Assembly (NCBI GenBank): GCA_030603365.1
Contig: JAUVXV010000001.1
Coordinates: 160,001-224,000 of the forward strand
Origin: Candidatus Heimdallarchaeota archaeon
Lineage (GTDB): Archaea > Asgardarchaeota > Heimdallarchaeia > Heimdallarchaeales > Heimdallarchaeaceae
DNA: 64,000 nt
Direction of reading: 5' to 3'
Shown: positions 38,306-48,093 of the stretch, one piece after another
Layout of the letters: each line of letters opens with the position of its first letter
Numbering within the stretch: position 1 is the stretch's first letter
Program-made: the position numbers and the translations under genes
Notes under the pieces: model-generated
Seen by the model: the letters and a program-made list of their open reading frames with translations, nothing else
Database searches by the model: none
What the model was told of the DNA's origin: nothing

Positions 38306-38363
38306 TGGCTCATTTAGTCGTGAGTTCTTCATCAATCCGACGGGGACGGTTTAATCATCGCCA
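38306..38363 (-). ncRNA. Box C/D guide sRNA
   Basis: TGGC-g-ATGATTA-[AACCGTCCCCGT]-CGGA-ttg-ATGAAGA-[ACTCACGACTAA]-ATGA-GCCA; two 12-nt guides, a terminal stem and a downstream T-run. Confidence 0.75.
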
Positions 38364-38440
38364 TATAATCTCTTAATTATATGGTTTTTATTTATTACTC
38401 TGTATGAGTGGGTTCGAAAAGAAAAGAAAGGAAAGGTAAA

Positions 38441-41400
38441 TTACAAAGGTTTGATACCAACTGTAACTTCGTAATCATCGAACTTCCATTCTTTTATTAA
38501 ACCATCTTGTGGTTTACCTAGAATTAATTCTGTAGTCAATGTTTCCTCTTTGATATACTCTTTGAATTCTTCTATAGCTTGAGAACCAAAAGCATCAGTA
38601 TCTATAGCTAATTCGATGTTTTGAGTATATTCTAAGTCAAGTTCTTTTCTCATGGTCTGAACTCTCCTTATTATATCACGTACATACCCTTCTTTTTTCA
38701 ATTCTTCAGTAATTGTAGAATTAAGAAGTAATAGATATCCTTCTGATTCTTCTCCGGCAAATCCTTCATGTACATCTATTTTATACTCCAAATCTTCAGG
38801 AGTAAGCTTGATCTCCTTTCCGTTTACATTTAATGTTATATTTTCTCCTTTAGCTAACACTTCTACATACTCTCTTGCTTTGTCTGGTTCTAGATTTTCT
38901 AGATGAGTTCGAATATTGTTTACTGCTGATCTAACCTTTGGAGCTAAAACCTTGAAATTTGGTTTTATGATGTAGTTTACTAACTCTTCCGAACTTTGCT
39001 TTAATGTTACCCTCTTAACATTTAATTCTTCTATGAAAACCTCCTCATACTTCTCTATCAAATCTTTCTTTCCTAAAGGAGATATTACTATAAGCTCAGA
39101 AAGAGGCTGTCTTAGTTTTATGTTGGCAGATGATCGTATGCTTCTACCAGTTGTAACCAAAGCAAGTACTTTGTTCATCTCTTGTGATAACTTAGCATTG
39201 ACTTGTTTTTTTTCCAATATTGGATAAGAAAGTAAATGAACACTTATAGAGGCATCAGGGTCTAATTCTCTTACAAGATTGTGATATAACTGTTCTGCAA
39301 TAAATGGGATGAAAGGAGCTAGTAGTTTTGAAAGAGTTACTAATACTTCATATGTTGTTATGTAAGCTGATTTCTTATCTACATCTAGCTGATTCTTCCA
39401 AAATCTTCTTCTTGACTGGCGTAGGTACCAATTACTGAATTTGTCTATGACAAAATTCTCAAAAGCTTGTACTGCAATATTAACAGTCATATTTTCTAGA
39501 GCTTCATCTATGGTTTCAGAGAGATAGTTTATCTCGCTTATCAACCATTTATCAAGTTCAGACCTTTCTTTTAATGGAACATTAAATGTTGAAGTGTCAA
39601 ATTTATCTACATTGGCATTTGAAACAAAGAAACTGTAGCTATTCCACAAAGTTAGTATAAATTTCTTCATTGAATCATAGATATGAGTAGGGTCAACACG
39701 TACACTATTCCATGTTGGGTATGAGTAGAGGAACCATCTTACTGCGTCTGCTCCATACTTGGGGATAACATCATCTGCTCTGATCATATTCCCTTTGCTT
39801 TTACTCATCTTCTTTCCTTTCTCATCTAGAGTGTGTCCCATCGACAAACATTTTTTGAATGCAGGTTTATCAAATAGAACTGTGCTGATAGCTAATAATG
39901 TATAAAACCAACCTCTTGTTTGATCAATTGCTTCAGTTATGAAGTCATATGGAAAATGCTTATTGAATAAATCTTTATTTTCAAATGGGTAATGATATTG
40001 TGCAAAAGGTGCACTACCCGCATCATACCAGCAATCTACTGTATATGGTACTCTAGTACTAGTTTTTTGACATTCAGGACAATTAAACGTTATCTCATCA
40101 ACCCAGGGTCTGTGTAAACTGAATCCTTCAGCTAAAGGTTTCCCATATAGTTCTTTAAGTTCCTCTAAGCTACCTACAACAGTTGCATGGTTGTTATCAC
40201 ATAACCAGATTGGTAAAGGTGTACCCCAAAATCTATTTCGTGATAAAGCCCAATCTCTAACTTCTTGAATGAAATTACCGAATCTTCCTTCTTTGAGATG
40301 AGCAGGTTGCCATCTTATTTGTTCGTTGTTTGCGACAAGCCTATCTCGCATTTTAGACATTTCAATATACCAAGTTTCAGTTGAATAGTAGAGCAATGGG
40401 CCATCACAACGATAACAGAAAGGATAGGTGTGTTTATACACTCCTTTTTTAAAGAGCAAATCTCTGTTCTTCAAATCTTCCATTATTTTGGAATCAGCAT
40501 CTTTAACAAACAAGCCTGCAAAATCTTTGATTTCCTCTGAAAACGTACCATCTTCAAGTACAGGATTCATAACTGGTAATCCATATTTCTTTCCGATTAT
40601 AGAATCATCCTCTCCAAATGCAGGGGCTGAATGAACAATTCCTGTTCCTTCCTCGGTCGTTACATATTTCGCTAATGTAACGTAGAATGCTTCTTCCTTT
40701 GGTACTATGAAAGGGAATAGTTGCTCATATTTGTTGAATTCAAGATCTTTTCCTTTGAATTTTTGAAGAACTATATGATCAGTTAATAATTCCTCGGCTA
40801 TTGCTTCAGCTAAGATTAATTTTTCTCCATTATATTCAACTTGTACGTAATCCACATCCGGATTTACTGTTAAACAGACATTGGAAATTAATGTCCATGG
40901 TGTAGTTGTCCATGCTAGGTAGTATGTATCTTCAAAATCTAATGCTTTGAATTTTACATGTATTGAAGGGTCTGTTGTTTCCATCATTCCTTGTCCTACT
41001 TCATGTGAAGACAATGGTGTTCCACATCTAGGACAATAAGGAACTACTTTATACCCCAGATAGAGTAAGCCTTTCTTATGTATCTCCTTTATAGACCACC
41101 AAACGCTCTCAACATAGTTTTCATCTAATGTGGCATATCTGTTTTCAAAATCCACCCAGAATCCTATGCGTTCGGACATGTCTTTCCATTCTTTTACATA
41201 TTTGAAGACAGATTTTCTACATTCATCGTTGAAGTTACTTAATCCAAATTCCTCGATTTGATTTTTATCTGAAAATCCGAGGGTTTTTTCTACTTCTAAT
41301 TCAACAGGAAGACCATGACAATCCCATCCTGCTATCCAAGGAACAACTTCAAATCCGTGCATTGATTTATGTCGAAGAAACACATCTTTGATAGCTCGAG

Positions 41401-41599
41401 TTAAAGCATGACCAATGTGAGGGAGACCATTTGCGGTTGGAGGTCCTTCTAACCATCGAAAGAGAGGACTTCCCTTTCTCATCTCTCTGAGCTTGTCGAA
41501 TATCTTGTTCTTCTCCCAGAATTCTAATACTTTTTCTTCTTCTTCAGGGAATGAAGGTAAGGCTTTAACTGGTTTGAATACTTGTTTTTTATTATCCAC
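38441..41599 (-). CDS. ileS: Isoleucine--tRNA ligase (archaeal/eukaryotic type)
   Basis: GPPTANG.PHIGH, GWDCHGLPVE, WTTTPWT, GTGIVH, DWALSR, DQTRGWF, KMSKS. Confidence 0.97.
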   Translation of the reverse strand: MDNKKQVFKPVKALPSFPEEEEKVLEFWEKNKIFDKLREMRKGSPLFRWLEGPPTANGLPHIGHALTRAIKDVFLRHKSMHGFEVVPWIAGWDCHGLPVELEVEKTLGFSDKNQIEEFGLSNFNDECRKSVFKYVKEWKDMSERIGFWVDFENRYATLDENYVESVWWSIKEIHKKGLLYLGYKVVPYCPRCGTPLSSHEVGQGMMETTDPSIHVKFKALDFEDTYYLAWTTTPWTLISNVCLTVNPDVDYVQVEYNGEKLILAEAIAEELLTDHIVLQKFKGKDLEFNKYEQLFPFIVPKEEAFYVTLAKYVTTEEGTGIVHSAPAFGEDDSIIGKKYGLPVMNPVLEDGTFSEEIKDFAGLFVKDADSKIMEDLKNRDLLFKKGVYKHTYPFCYRCDGPLLYYSTETWYIEMSKMRDRLVANNEQIRWQPAHLKEGRFGNFIQEVRDWALSRNRFWGTPLPIWLCDNNHATVVGSLEELKELYGKPLAEGFSLHRPWVDEITFNCPECQKTSTRVPYTVDCWYDAGSAPFAQYHYPFENKDLFNKHFPYDFITEAIDQTRGWFYTLLAISTVLFDKPAFKKCLSMGHTLDEKGKKMSKSKGNMIRADDVIPKYGADAVRWFLYSYPTWNSVRVDPTHIYDSMKKFILTLWNSYSFFVSNANVDKFDTSTFNVPLKERSELDKWLISEINYLSETIDEALENMTVNIAVQAFENFVIDKFSNWYLRQSRRRFWKNQLDVDKKSAYITTYEVLVTLSKLLAPFIPFIAEQLYHNLVRELDPDASISVHLLSYPILEKKQVNAKLSQEMNKVLALVTTGRSIRSSANIKLRQPLSELIVISPLGKKDLIEKYEEVFIEELNVKRVTLKQSSEELVNYIIKPNFKVLAPKVRSAVNNIRTHLENLEPDKAREYVEVLAKGENITLNVNGKEIKLTPEDLEYKIDVHEGFAGEESEGYLLLLNSTITEELKKEGYVRDIIRRVQTMRKELDLEYTQNIELAIDTDAFGSQAIEEFKEYIKEETLTTELILGKPQDGLIKEWKFDDYEVTVGIKPL

Positions 41600-41623
41600 T
41601 GTAATCTACTCCAAAATGTTTTT

Positions 41624-41719
41624 TAGGAAATTTATAAGGCACGCTATGGAGATATTTAAAAAAGAGTTTCTTTTTAGCGAATTTCGCGATCCATCCTAAT
41701 TCCTCTGTGCTTATTTCTA
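41624..41719 (-). promoter_or_regulatory. Candidate structured 5' leader of ileS
   Basis: Nested inverted repeats ATAAGCAC/GTGCCTTAT, ATGGA/TCCAT, GCGA/TCGC and AAAAAGA/TCTTTTT; TTTTAAAA at 41733-41740. Confidence 0.45.
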
Positions 41720-41829
41720 GTGTTCAGCTGTATTTTAAAAGCTTTTTGTCATTTACTTTGTTGATTCTACTGTTGGAATTTTACTTATTGTAGATGAAGT
41801 AGTTTAAAAAAATAAAGAAAGTGAGATGT

Positions 41830-44310
41830 TTATCTCATAATTTTCTTTCTAAGAATTATCACAATAGTTCCTGTCAAAAATGGTATTGAAATTAAAGCCA
41901 AAATACTTGGAAATTCGCTTACAATTGGATTAAATATGTCAAAGTTTTCAGTAGTAGACGCAATCAAATTGTTCCAATCTGTAATATTTATCTCAAAATC
42001 ATAATTTCCATTCTCATATGACAGAGTATTCAGTGGTACTTGTAAGTAATCATTACTCACAATCCAACTAGTACTCCAGCTACTATTCTTCATAGTAAGT
42101 TTAATCTCTTTAATTCCAGTGTAATCATAACCATTAATTTCAATATTAATTAATCCAGAAAATGGGTCACCTGGAAAAACAGCGTCAATTGTGGGGAGTC
42201 TATTGTCGAAATACATATCATAGATATTTATACCTTGAAAAGATCCTATCCAAACCTCATGAGTGTCTGGAATATAATCCATTCTCCTAACGAATAGAGT
42301 AGATAACCCATCTGATTCGTCTTCTCTTTTTAATTCTCCATTTGTGATATTATATGCATAAACTCCAGAATTGGCTAGGATATAGATTTCTTGATTTGTA
42401 GATACGTATTGTATTTCATTTATTGATGGATATTGTATTAAATGAGCCAAAGCAAAATCTTCAAAAGTCTCAGTCATAGGATCGAAGATTCTTATGTTTG
42501 GATAAGGCTCTAGTCCAATCCAGAGTTTCCCTTCAACCCACTCAAGGGATTGAACTTCCCAACTCTCAGCATCTCCAAATCGTTTAATTTCTGAAAGCGT
42601 AGTTAAATTATAAAGAATTAAACCTACATTAGTTGCTACATAAAGGACGTCTCGATCAGGATCTTGTAGGATAGAATTTACTTCTAGTTGTGTTATTTCT
42701 TCGGTAAAGTTTTCTACATGATATGTTCCTAGTTCCCAGTTATAGATTATCATTGAACCATTTCCACCTACCCCTGCATTTTGAGCTGCTATTGAATAAT
42801 AGACCAAACTCTCATTGTATGATGAAGATATATCTGCAACATATCTATATTCACTCAATGGAAGTATCAGTTCTATATTTGAAACAGTGCTTGTGTCAAT
42901 ATCATATAAATACCTATGATGAAACATGAGTCTTGCACCTACAAGTAATTCTCCTGCAGTATCTCCTCCAGCGCCACCTATTCCAGTTATCAGATGTTCT
43001 ACTGAAGTAGGATTTAATCGTGTTGGGCTAGTAGGATCAATTCTGTCCAAACCTAATAGAGTTGAAATGTAAGCATATCCATCAACTGGATCATAATTGA
43101 TATCTGTTGCCATATTGTGTGCTATTCCCAATATATCTGTTTGTTCAGTAATAGCAGTACTTGGTTGAGCATAATCCACTTTTTGTATTCTTTGAATTGT
43201 TCCAATAATAAGTTCGCTTGTAATTGAATCTAATCTTATAGATGCGAGCATACCTTCAATAGGATAAGGAGCTCCTGTTACAGTGGTTATTGGATAACCT
43301 CCAGGTAAAGAACCACCAAGCGACTTAGCTACAGCATCCATACTTGTTGTATTGAAAACTAATAATCCATATTCAGCGTCTGTGGCATATGGAGATACAA
43401 TAAAACCTAATTCCTCTTCAGTGTCACACACTAAATCAAGAATAGATCTTGAATAGTATGGTGTTGTCTGAGTATATGGATACGTTTTAACTGTATCATT
43501 ATCAGGAAAAATCACGCTCAAACCATCACAGATTTGAGTATCTGCATCAAATGTTGCAACAAAGATTTTTCCCAAGGAAGGATAATATTTCACAAGTCTG
43601 GTATAATCATTTGGCAGTCCATCACTGGTAGTATACCATCTTGTAGTATTTTCTGAAGTATCGATTTTATATACTCCTACAGATGTTCCAATGTAAGCAA
43701 ATGATTCAGATGAATTGACATCAACAGTAAGCATTTTTACCGTTGCAGCAGGAGGGTTATACCCACTGATATCTACAGTCTTGTTGTTGATTGGATCATA
43801 AACAATCAATCCATGGGACTGTGTTACAATCCAAACATAATGAGTAACTGGATCTACATCAATAAAGTCTCCTAATTCAAAATTCGTGGCAACTCCTGTT
43901 AAAATTGGAGTAGCTGATAGAGGTGTGTGTGAGTAATTTAAAACATCCACACCTTGTATTGAACCTATATACAATAACTTAAGGTCTTTATCAATTTCTA
44001 AGTTCATTATCTGTACATCAGTCAGTCCAATCTCATCTTTGTAAACTGTTTGATTCGAGAGATCATCTCTTTGAATCAAAGCCAAACCTTCAGGAGCATT
44101 GGTGAAGATTAAATTATCTTCTTCACTTACTGCTAAAGCTATGTGGCCTGGTGGACCGAAAATATGTTCAAAGGCAGTATCTCCATTAGCATTCAACAAA
44201 TCTCGATTTTCATCGAAATTGTTTTGAAGAGAAGACACTGATACTCCAGATATGAAACTGGTTGAAATAAATAAGACTGTTAAGAAAATTATAGTTAATT
44301 TCCTCTTCAT
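41830..44310 (-). CDS. Secreted/surface beta-propeller protein with Ig-like domain and C-terminal membrane anchor
   Basis: Signal peptide MKRKLTIIFL..; propeller blades (YTTSDGLPND, ESDGLSTLFV, YIGT); Ig-like YENGNYDFEINITDW; VSEF + TM + RKK. Confidence 0.75.
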   Translation of the reverse strand: MKRKLTIIFLTVLFISTSFISGVSVSSLQNNFDENRDLLNANGDTAFEHIFGPPGHIALAVSEEDNLIFTNAPEGLALIQRDDLSNQTVYKDEIGLTDVQIMNLEIDKDLKLLYIGSIQGVDVLNYSHTPLSATPILTGVATNFELGDFIDVDPVTHYVWIVTQSHGLIVYDPINNKTVDISGYNPPAATVKMLTVDVNSSESFAYIGTSVGVYKIDTSENTTRWYTTSDGLPNDYTRLVKYYPSLGKIFVATFDADTQICDGLSVIFPDNDTVKTYPYTQTTPYYSRSILDLVCDTEEELGFIVSPYATDAEYGLLVFNTTSMDAVAKSLGGSLPGGYPITTVTGAPYPIEGMLASIRLDSITSELIIGTIQRIQKVDYAQPSTAITEQTDILGIAHNMATDINYDPVDGYAYISTLLGLDRIDPTSPTRLNPTSVEHLITGIGGAGGDTAGELLVGARLMFHHRYLYDIDTSTVSNIELILPLSEYRYVADISSSYNESLVYYSIAAQNAGVGGNGSMIIYNWELGTYHVENFTEEITQLEVNSILQDPDRDVLYVATNVGLILYNLTTLSEIKRFGDAESWEVQSLEWVEGKLWIGLEPYPNIRIFDPMTETFEDFALAHLIQYPSINEIQYVSTNQEIYILANSGVYAYNITNGELKREDESDGLSTLFVRRMDYIPDTHEVWIGSFQGINIYDMYFDNRLPTIDAVFPGDPFSGLINIEINGYDYTGIKEIKLTMKNSSWSTSWIVSNDYLQVPLNTLSYENGNYDFEINITDWNNLIASTTENFDIFNPIVSEFPSILALISIPFLTGTIVIILRKKIMR

Positions 44311-44449
44311 AAAGTAAGATACAATTTTCTTATTATAAACCTAATTAAAATGTCAAGTTAAAACAATAAATTCTCACAAACATTGTTCAGAAGGAATAAA
44401 ATCTATAGAAATTGAAAATAGTTTGGAGCATATTTTGTATAACTTCAAT

Positions 44450-44899
44450 TTATAAAATTCCTTTTTCCTTCAGAAATTCTTTATAATTCACATCTTTGAT
44501 ATAAGCTCTCATCTTGATTGCTATTTTTATTACATTTTCAGATGAAGCTATAACTAATTCATTATTAAAAATTCCCTCTTTATCAACTCTTAAGAAGAAT
44601 GTTCTTCCATCTAAATGAAATCTTTCGCTAAACTCCTTGTTAAGTTGATGTCTTTGTTCTTGGGATAATCTTGAGGTGATATTCTCTAAAATTTTCTCCA
44701 TATCTTTGTTTCTGCTGAAATTCATGATAATATATTGTATCGGATTATCATACCCACCCTCTAGTTCTTCAACAAGTATCTCTGTTTGCTCAATCAACTC
44801 TTCTGGTATGAGATTAGCAACTGCTATCATATTCTTATCGAAGTCTTCTGTAGAATGAACAGAAAAACTAAATTCGATTTTTATTAAAGATATTGTCAT
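44450..44899 (-). CDS. COG1325-type predicted RNA-binding protein (exosome superoperon associated)
   Basis: SVHSTED, GGYDNPI, FFLRVDK; directly downstream of rpl15e. Confidence 0.8.
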   Translation of the reverse strand: MTISLIKIEFSFSVHSTEDFDKNMIAVANLIPEELIEQTEILVEELEGGYDNPIQYIIMNFSRNKDMEKILENITSRLSQEQRHQLNKEFSERFHLDGRTFFLRVDKEGIFNNELVIASSENVIKIAIKMRAYIKDVNYKEFLKEKGIL

Positions 44900-44940
44900 C
44901 TCAACCAGCTAATTTAGAGAAAATAAAAAGAAAAAAGAGT

Positions 44941-45570
44941 TTAGTTACCTCTTCTTCCATGACTTCTTAATGAGGGTCGTACTTTTTCAGCACCATAGCC
45001 CTTATTTCGAAGACCTCTGGATTTTCTTCCTGAGCTAGTTAAACCACGATGAACCCTTCCTCTGTGTACTGGATTCTTAAGATAGAAAACATCGTCTCCA
45101 CGATATTCTTTAATCGAAAGCCAGCTAGTGCGAGGATCTTTAGCGATTGTAGGTTGTTGTGGATCAATAAGGATTATTTCGAAGAATTTGTGTCTACCGT
45201 CTTGACCAACCCAATAAGAATTCAATACTTCAAGATTACTGTATCTTCTCGCAACACGTTCTTCTGCAATTAGTTTTATGCTCTTTTTAGGTGTGATTTT
45301 ATTAACACCCATGTTACGAGATTTTCTACCTCTTACTGGTCTCTTCTTCCTTCTTCCTCCTCTCCTAACTTTAGCTCTAACTATAACATATCCTTGTTTG
45401 GCTTTATATCCAAGAGCTCTTGCTCTGTCTAATCTTGTAGGACGTTCAACACGTTCAACAGCACCCTCTCTGCGCCATTGAATAATTCTTTGTCTCATTA
45501 AAGCTTTGAACTCGGGAGAATTGCGATTCTTCCAAAAATCTCCAATATACTTGTACATACTCTTAGTCAT
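44941..45570 (-). CDS. rpl15e: 50S ribosomal protein L15e
   Basis: [43 protein letters not shown]; ATG 45570 follows GGTGA. Confidence 0.97.
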   Translation of the reverse strand: MTKSMYKYIGDFWKNRNSPEFKALMRQRIIQWRREGAVERVERPTRLDRARALGYKAKQGYVIVRAKVRRGGRRKKRPVRGRKSRNMGVNKITPKKSIKLIAEERVARRYSNLEVLNSYWVGQDGRHKFFEIILIDPQQPTIAKDPRTSWLSIKEYRGDDVFYLKNPVHRGRVHRGLTSSGRKSRGLRNKGYGAEKVRPSLRSHGRRGN

Positions 45571-45578
45571 ATTATTCA

Positions 45579-45613
45579 CCTACGATTCCCGTGAGGACAT
45601 CTCGTTGGTTAGG
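45579..45613 (-). promoter_or_regulatory. Candidate eL15 ribosomal-protein leader hairpin overlapping the SD
   Basis: CCTA-accaa-CGA-gatg-TCC-tcacg-GGA-a-TCG-TAGG(TGA); TTTTAAAA at 45633-45640. Confidence 0.45.
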
Positions 45614-45699
45614 CTTCCTTTCATTGTTGTTATTTTAAAAGTTGTGATTTCGATGATTTTTAATCAGAAAGTTATTTAAAATACGAATTCACTCTTTGT

Positions 45700-46137
45700 A
45701 TGAATAATATGACAGTAACAACAGAAACAAAGAAAGTAGATTTTACTGATGTTATTGTGATTATTTCGGCAATTTTGGGAGCAATAGTTGGAAGTATTGC
45801 AATTTGGTTGTTTATTTCTGTGTTTCTAGGTGGAAATTTTCCATTCGTAACTAATGATAGATCTGCATTCATCGCATTAGCTATCCTAGGGACTACAATG
45901 TGTGCATTGGTCTATCCTATCAGAGCTTCAATGTCCAAGAAATTTAGGTGGTTAAGTCCTTTCACTTTATCAGCGATTTTTCTAGGTACTGTCATAGTTT
46001 TATTTATTACACTATACTTAACAAATGTACTAAATGCTATAATAACAAATGATAGAGTTGCAATGATAATTTTAGGTTCTATAGTTTTGTTGAAATGGAT
46101 TTTAGCAACAGTAAGCTTACTTGTTCAGAAACAATAG
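45700..46137 (+). CDS. Hypothetical membrane protein (4 TM)
   Basis: Four hydrophobic helices; a T/NDR.A motif occurs twice. Confidence 0.65.
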   Translation: MNNMTVTTETKKVDFTDVIVIISAILGAIVGSIAIWLFISVFLGGNFPFVTNDRSAFIALAILGTTMCALVYPIRASMSKKFRWLSPFTLSAIFLGTVIVLFITLYLTNVLNAIITNDRVAMIILGSIVLLKWILATVSLLVQKQ

Positions 46138-46185
46138 TTATTTTTGGGGTTTTTATATCCAAAATTTAATTTTTTATGAATACTA

Positions 46186-47360
46186 TTGCCCGGTATACTT
46201 GAAAAATTACGTATATTGGGAGAAGCAGCTAAATATGATCTCTGTGCATCAACCGCATCCCCTCGAGCTCATACTCCAGGTTCAATTGGAAAAGCAGCAA
46301 CAACTGGAGTGTGTCATTCATTTCTCCCAGATGGAAGGTGTATTAGCTTACTCAAGGTTTTAGTTACTAATAGCTGTATTCATGATTGTAAATATTGCAT
46401 TAATTCTACACAAAATAAAAATGATATCAAACAAACAATTACGTCTTTTGAACCTGAGGAATTAGCGAAGTTAACTGTTGCTTTCTATCTCCGAAATTAT
46501 ATTGAAGGTCTTTTCTTAAGTTCTGGTGTAGGGAAAAGTGCTAATTGTCAAGCAGAGATTATTCATGAGACACTGCATCTATTACGGTATAAATATAATT
46601 TTGATGGGTATATTCATGCTAAAATTTTACCGGGTATTAGTAAGGATGAACTCTACAGAATTGCAGAACTAGCAGATCGTGTTAGTTTGAATGTAGAACT
46701 TCCAAATAAATCCCGTTTTAGCGAAACATGTTCAACAAAAGATTATTCTAACGATATTATCAAGGTTATAAAATATCTTCCAGAAATTAACAAGACGGGT
46801 TACATCCAAGCTGGATATACAACCCAATATGTTATTGGTGCTGCTGAAGAAACTGATAAGGAAATACTAGAAAGCATATTTAATTTCTATAATGATGAAT
46901 GGAATTTTAGAAGACAATATTATTCAACTTGTTTACCTTTAACAGTAATCAAAGAGCACTACCTCGTAGTTTCTTTCTTAGAGAACATCGAATTTATCAA
47001 ATTGATTGGTTGAGGAGAATATATAAATTTACATCAGAAGAACTCATTACTATTGTAAATGACAATGGTTTCATTCCCCTAAAAGAAGATCCTAAAGTAA
47101 TATTAGTTAGAGAAAATTCTGAATTCTTCCCAGTAGATGTAAACAATGCAGGTTATTATGACTTAATGAGAGTACCAGGAATAGGGCATATTTCAGCTAC
47201 TAGAATAATCAAATTAAAGAATAAAAACGTGAGAATTTACAAGAATGAGCAATTGAAAGCGGTTGGTGTGGTTCTAAAGAGAGCTATTCCTTTTCTTAAG
47301 ATTGGAGAGAAAAAACAATTAACGATGGAGAATTTCCAAGAACAGAATGGAGGTCTTTAG
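46186..47360 (+). pseudogene. Putative DNA modification/repair radical SAM protein (TIGR03916-like), frameshifted near 46941
   Basis: ORF1 has AAKYDLCAS, DGRCISLLK, CIHDCKYC, YIEGLFLSSG, RQYYS; the -1 frame continues REHRIYQIDWL and HhH RVPGIG..SA. Confidence 0.8.
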
Positions 47361-48033
47361 TATTTCCTGGATCTGTAATTTATCTGCACATGAATACGTA
47401 GATGCGGCAAGTTATCATAATGAAACAACTAATGAATTTATTGAAAAAGCTCTTCTTGTGATGAAATCGAAACCACATGAAATTACTACCGGTTGTAGTG
47501 ATTTTGGTCGATTAATTAAGAAAAGGGCGAACCAAGTTTTAAGAGAGATTCATCTTCTTGCCTCCTATTTACGATTAAAACCATATCCCGAAATGATACT
47601 TGTAGGTAATTGCAAACCAGAACACAATACAACATTCTTCATTGGCAAGTCCATTGCTAAACGTTTTGATAGGTTTATCATCTTAATTTTTACATTAGAT
47701 AATTTTGCTGTAGTATCCAATAGAAGAACTCTCCCTGAATTCCCAAAATTTACAGCAAGCTCAAGAGAAGAGTTAATCGTTTCTGTTAGAGGTTTTGCAG
47801 AAAAAAACATTGCGGAGAGACTTTCTCAAGACATTCTTCTAGAGAACGGTGATTTTTTATGGGAAAAACATTATGAAACACAGTTTCTAGAACAGCGTTT
47901 AAATACTAAATTATTCCGCAAATTCATTCCAAAATATGCTTTAGAGAAAGCTGATATGAAAATTGAAAGGAATTTCTATGAGAAAATAGTGGAAAAACCC
48001 AAAGAAAAATTCACTCTGGACAAATTTTTCTGA
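47347..48033 (+). CDS. DUF4130 / TIGR03915-like partner of the radical SAM protein
   Basis: V.REIH, PEHN, LWEKHY..RLN.KL..FIPKY; overlaps the radical SAM stop. Confidence 0.75.
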   Translation: MEVFSISWICNLSAHEYVDAASYHNETTNEFIEKALLVMKSKPHEITTGCSDFGRLIKKRANQVLREIHLLASYLRLKPYPEMILVGNCKPEHNTTFFIGKSIAKRFDRFIILIFTLDNFAVVSNRRTLPEFPKFTASSREELIVSVRGFAEKNIAERLSQDILLENGDFLWEKHYETQFLEQRLNTKLFRKFIPKYALEKADMKIERNFYEKIVEKPKEKFTLDKFF

Positions 48034-48093
48034 CCTAATATCTAAGAAATCTTGTGAAAAGAAAAGTTCAAAAGATGCGCATATTATTGATAT

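Noticed and set aside
38405-38425. GGTTCGAA as a tRNA T-loop
   Set aside because: No flanking T-stem or cloverleaf can be formed.
41600-41740. T-box riboswitch upstream of ileS
   Set aside because: No T-box antiterminator consensus or specifier-loop stem; kept only as an unclassified structured leader.
46930-46950. Programmed -1 ribosomal frameshift
   Set aside because: T TTA ACA is not a valid slippery heptamer and I saw no clear downstream structure; a 1-bp deletion is simpler.
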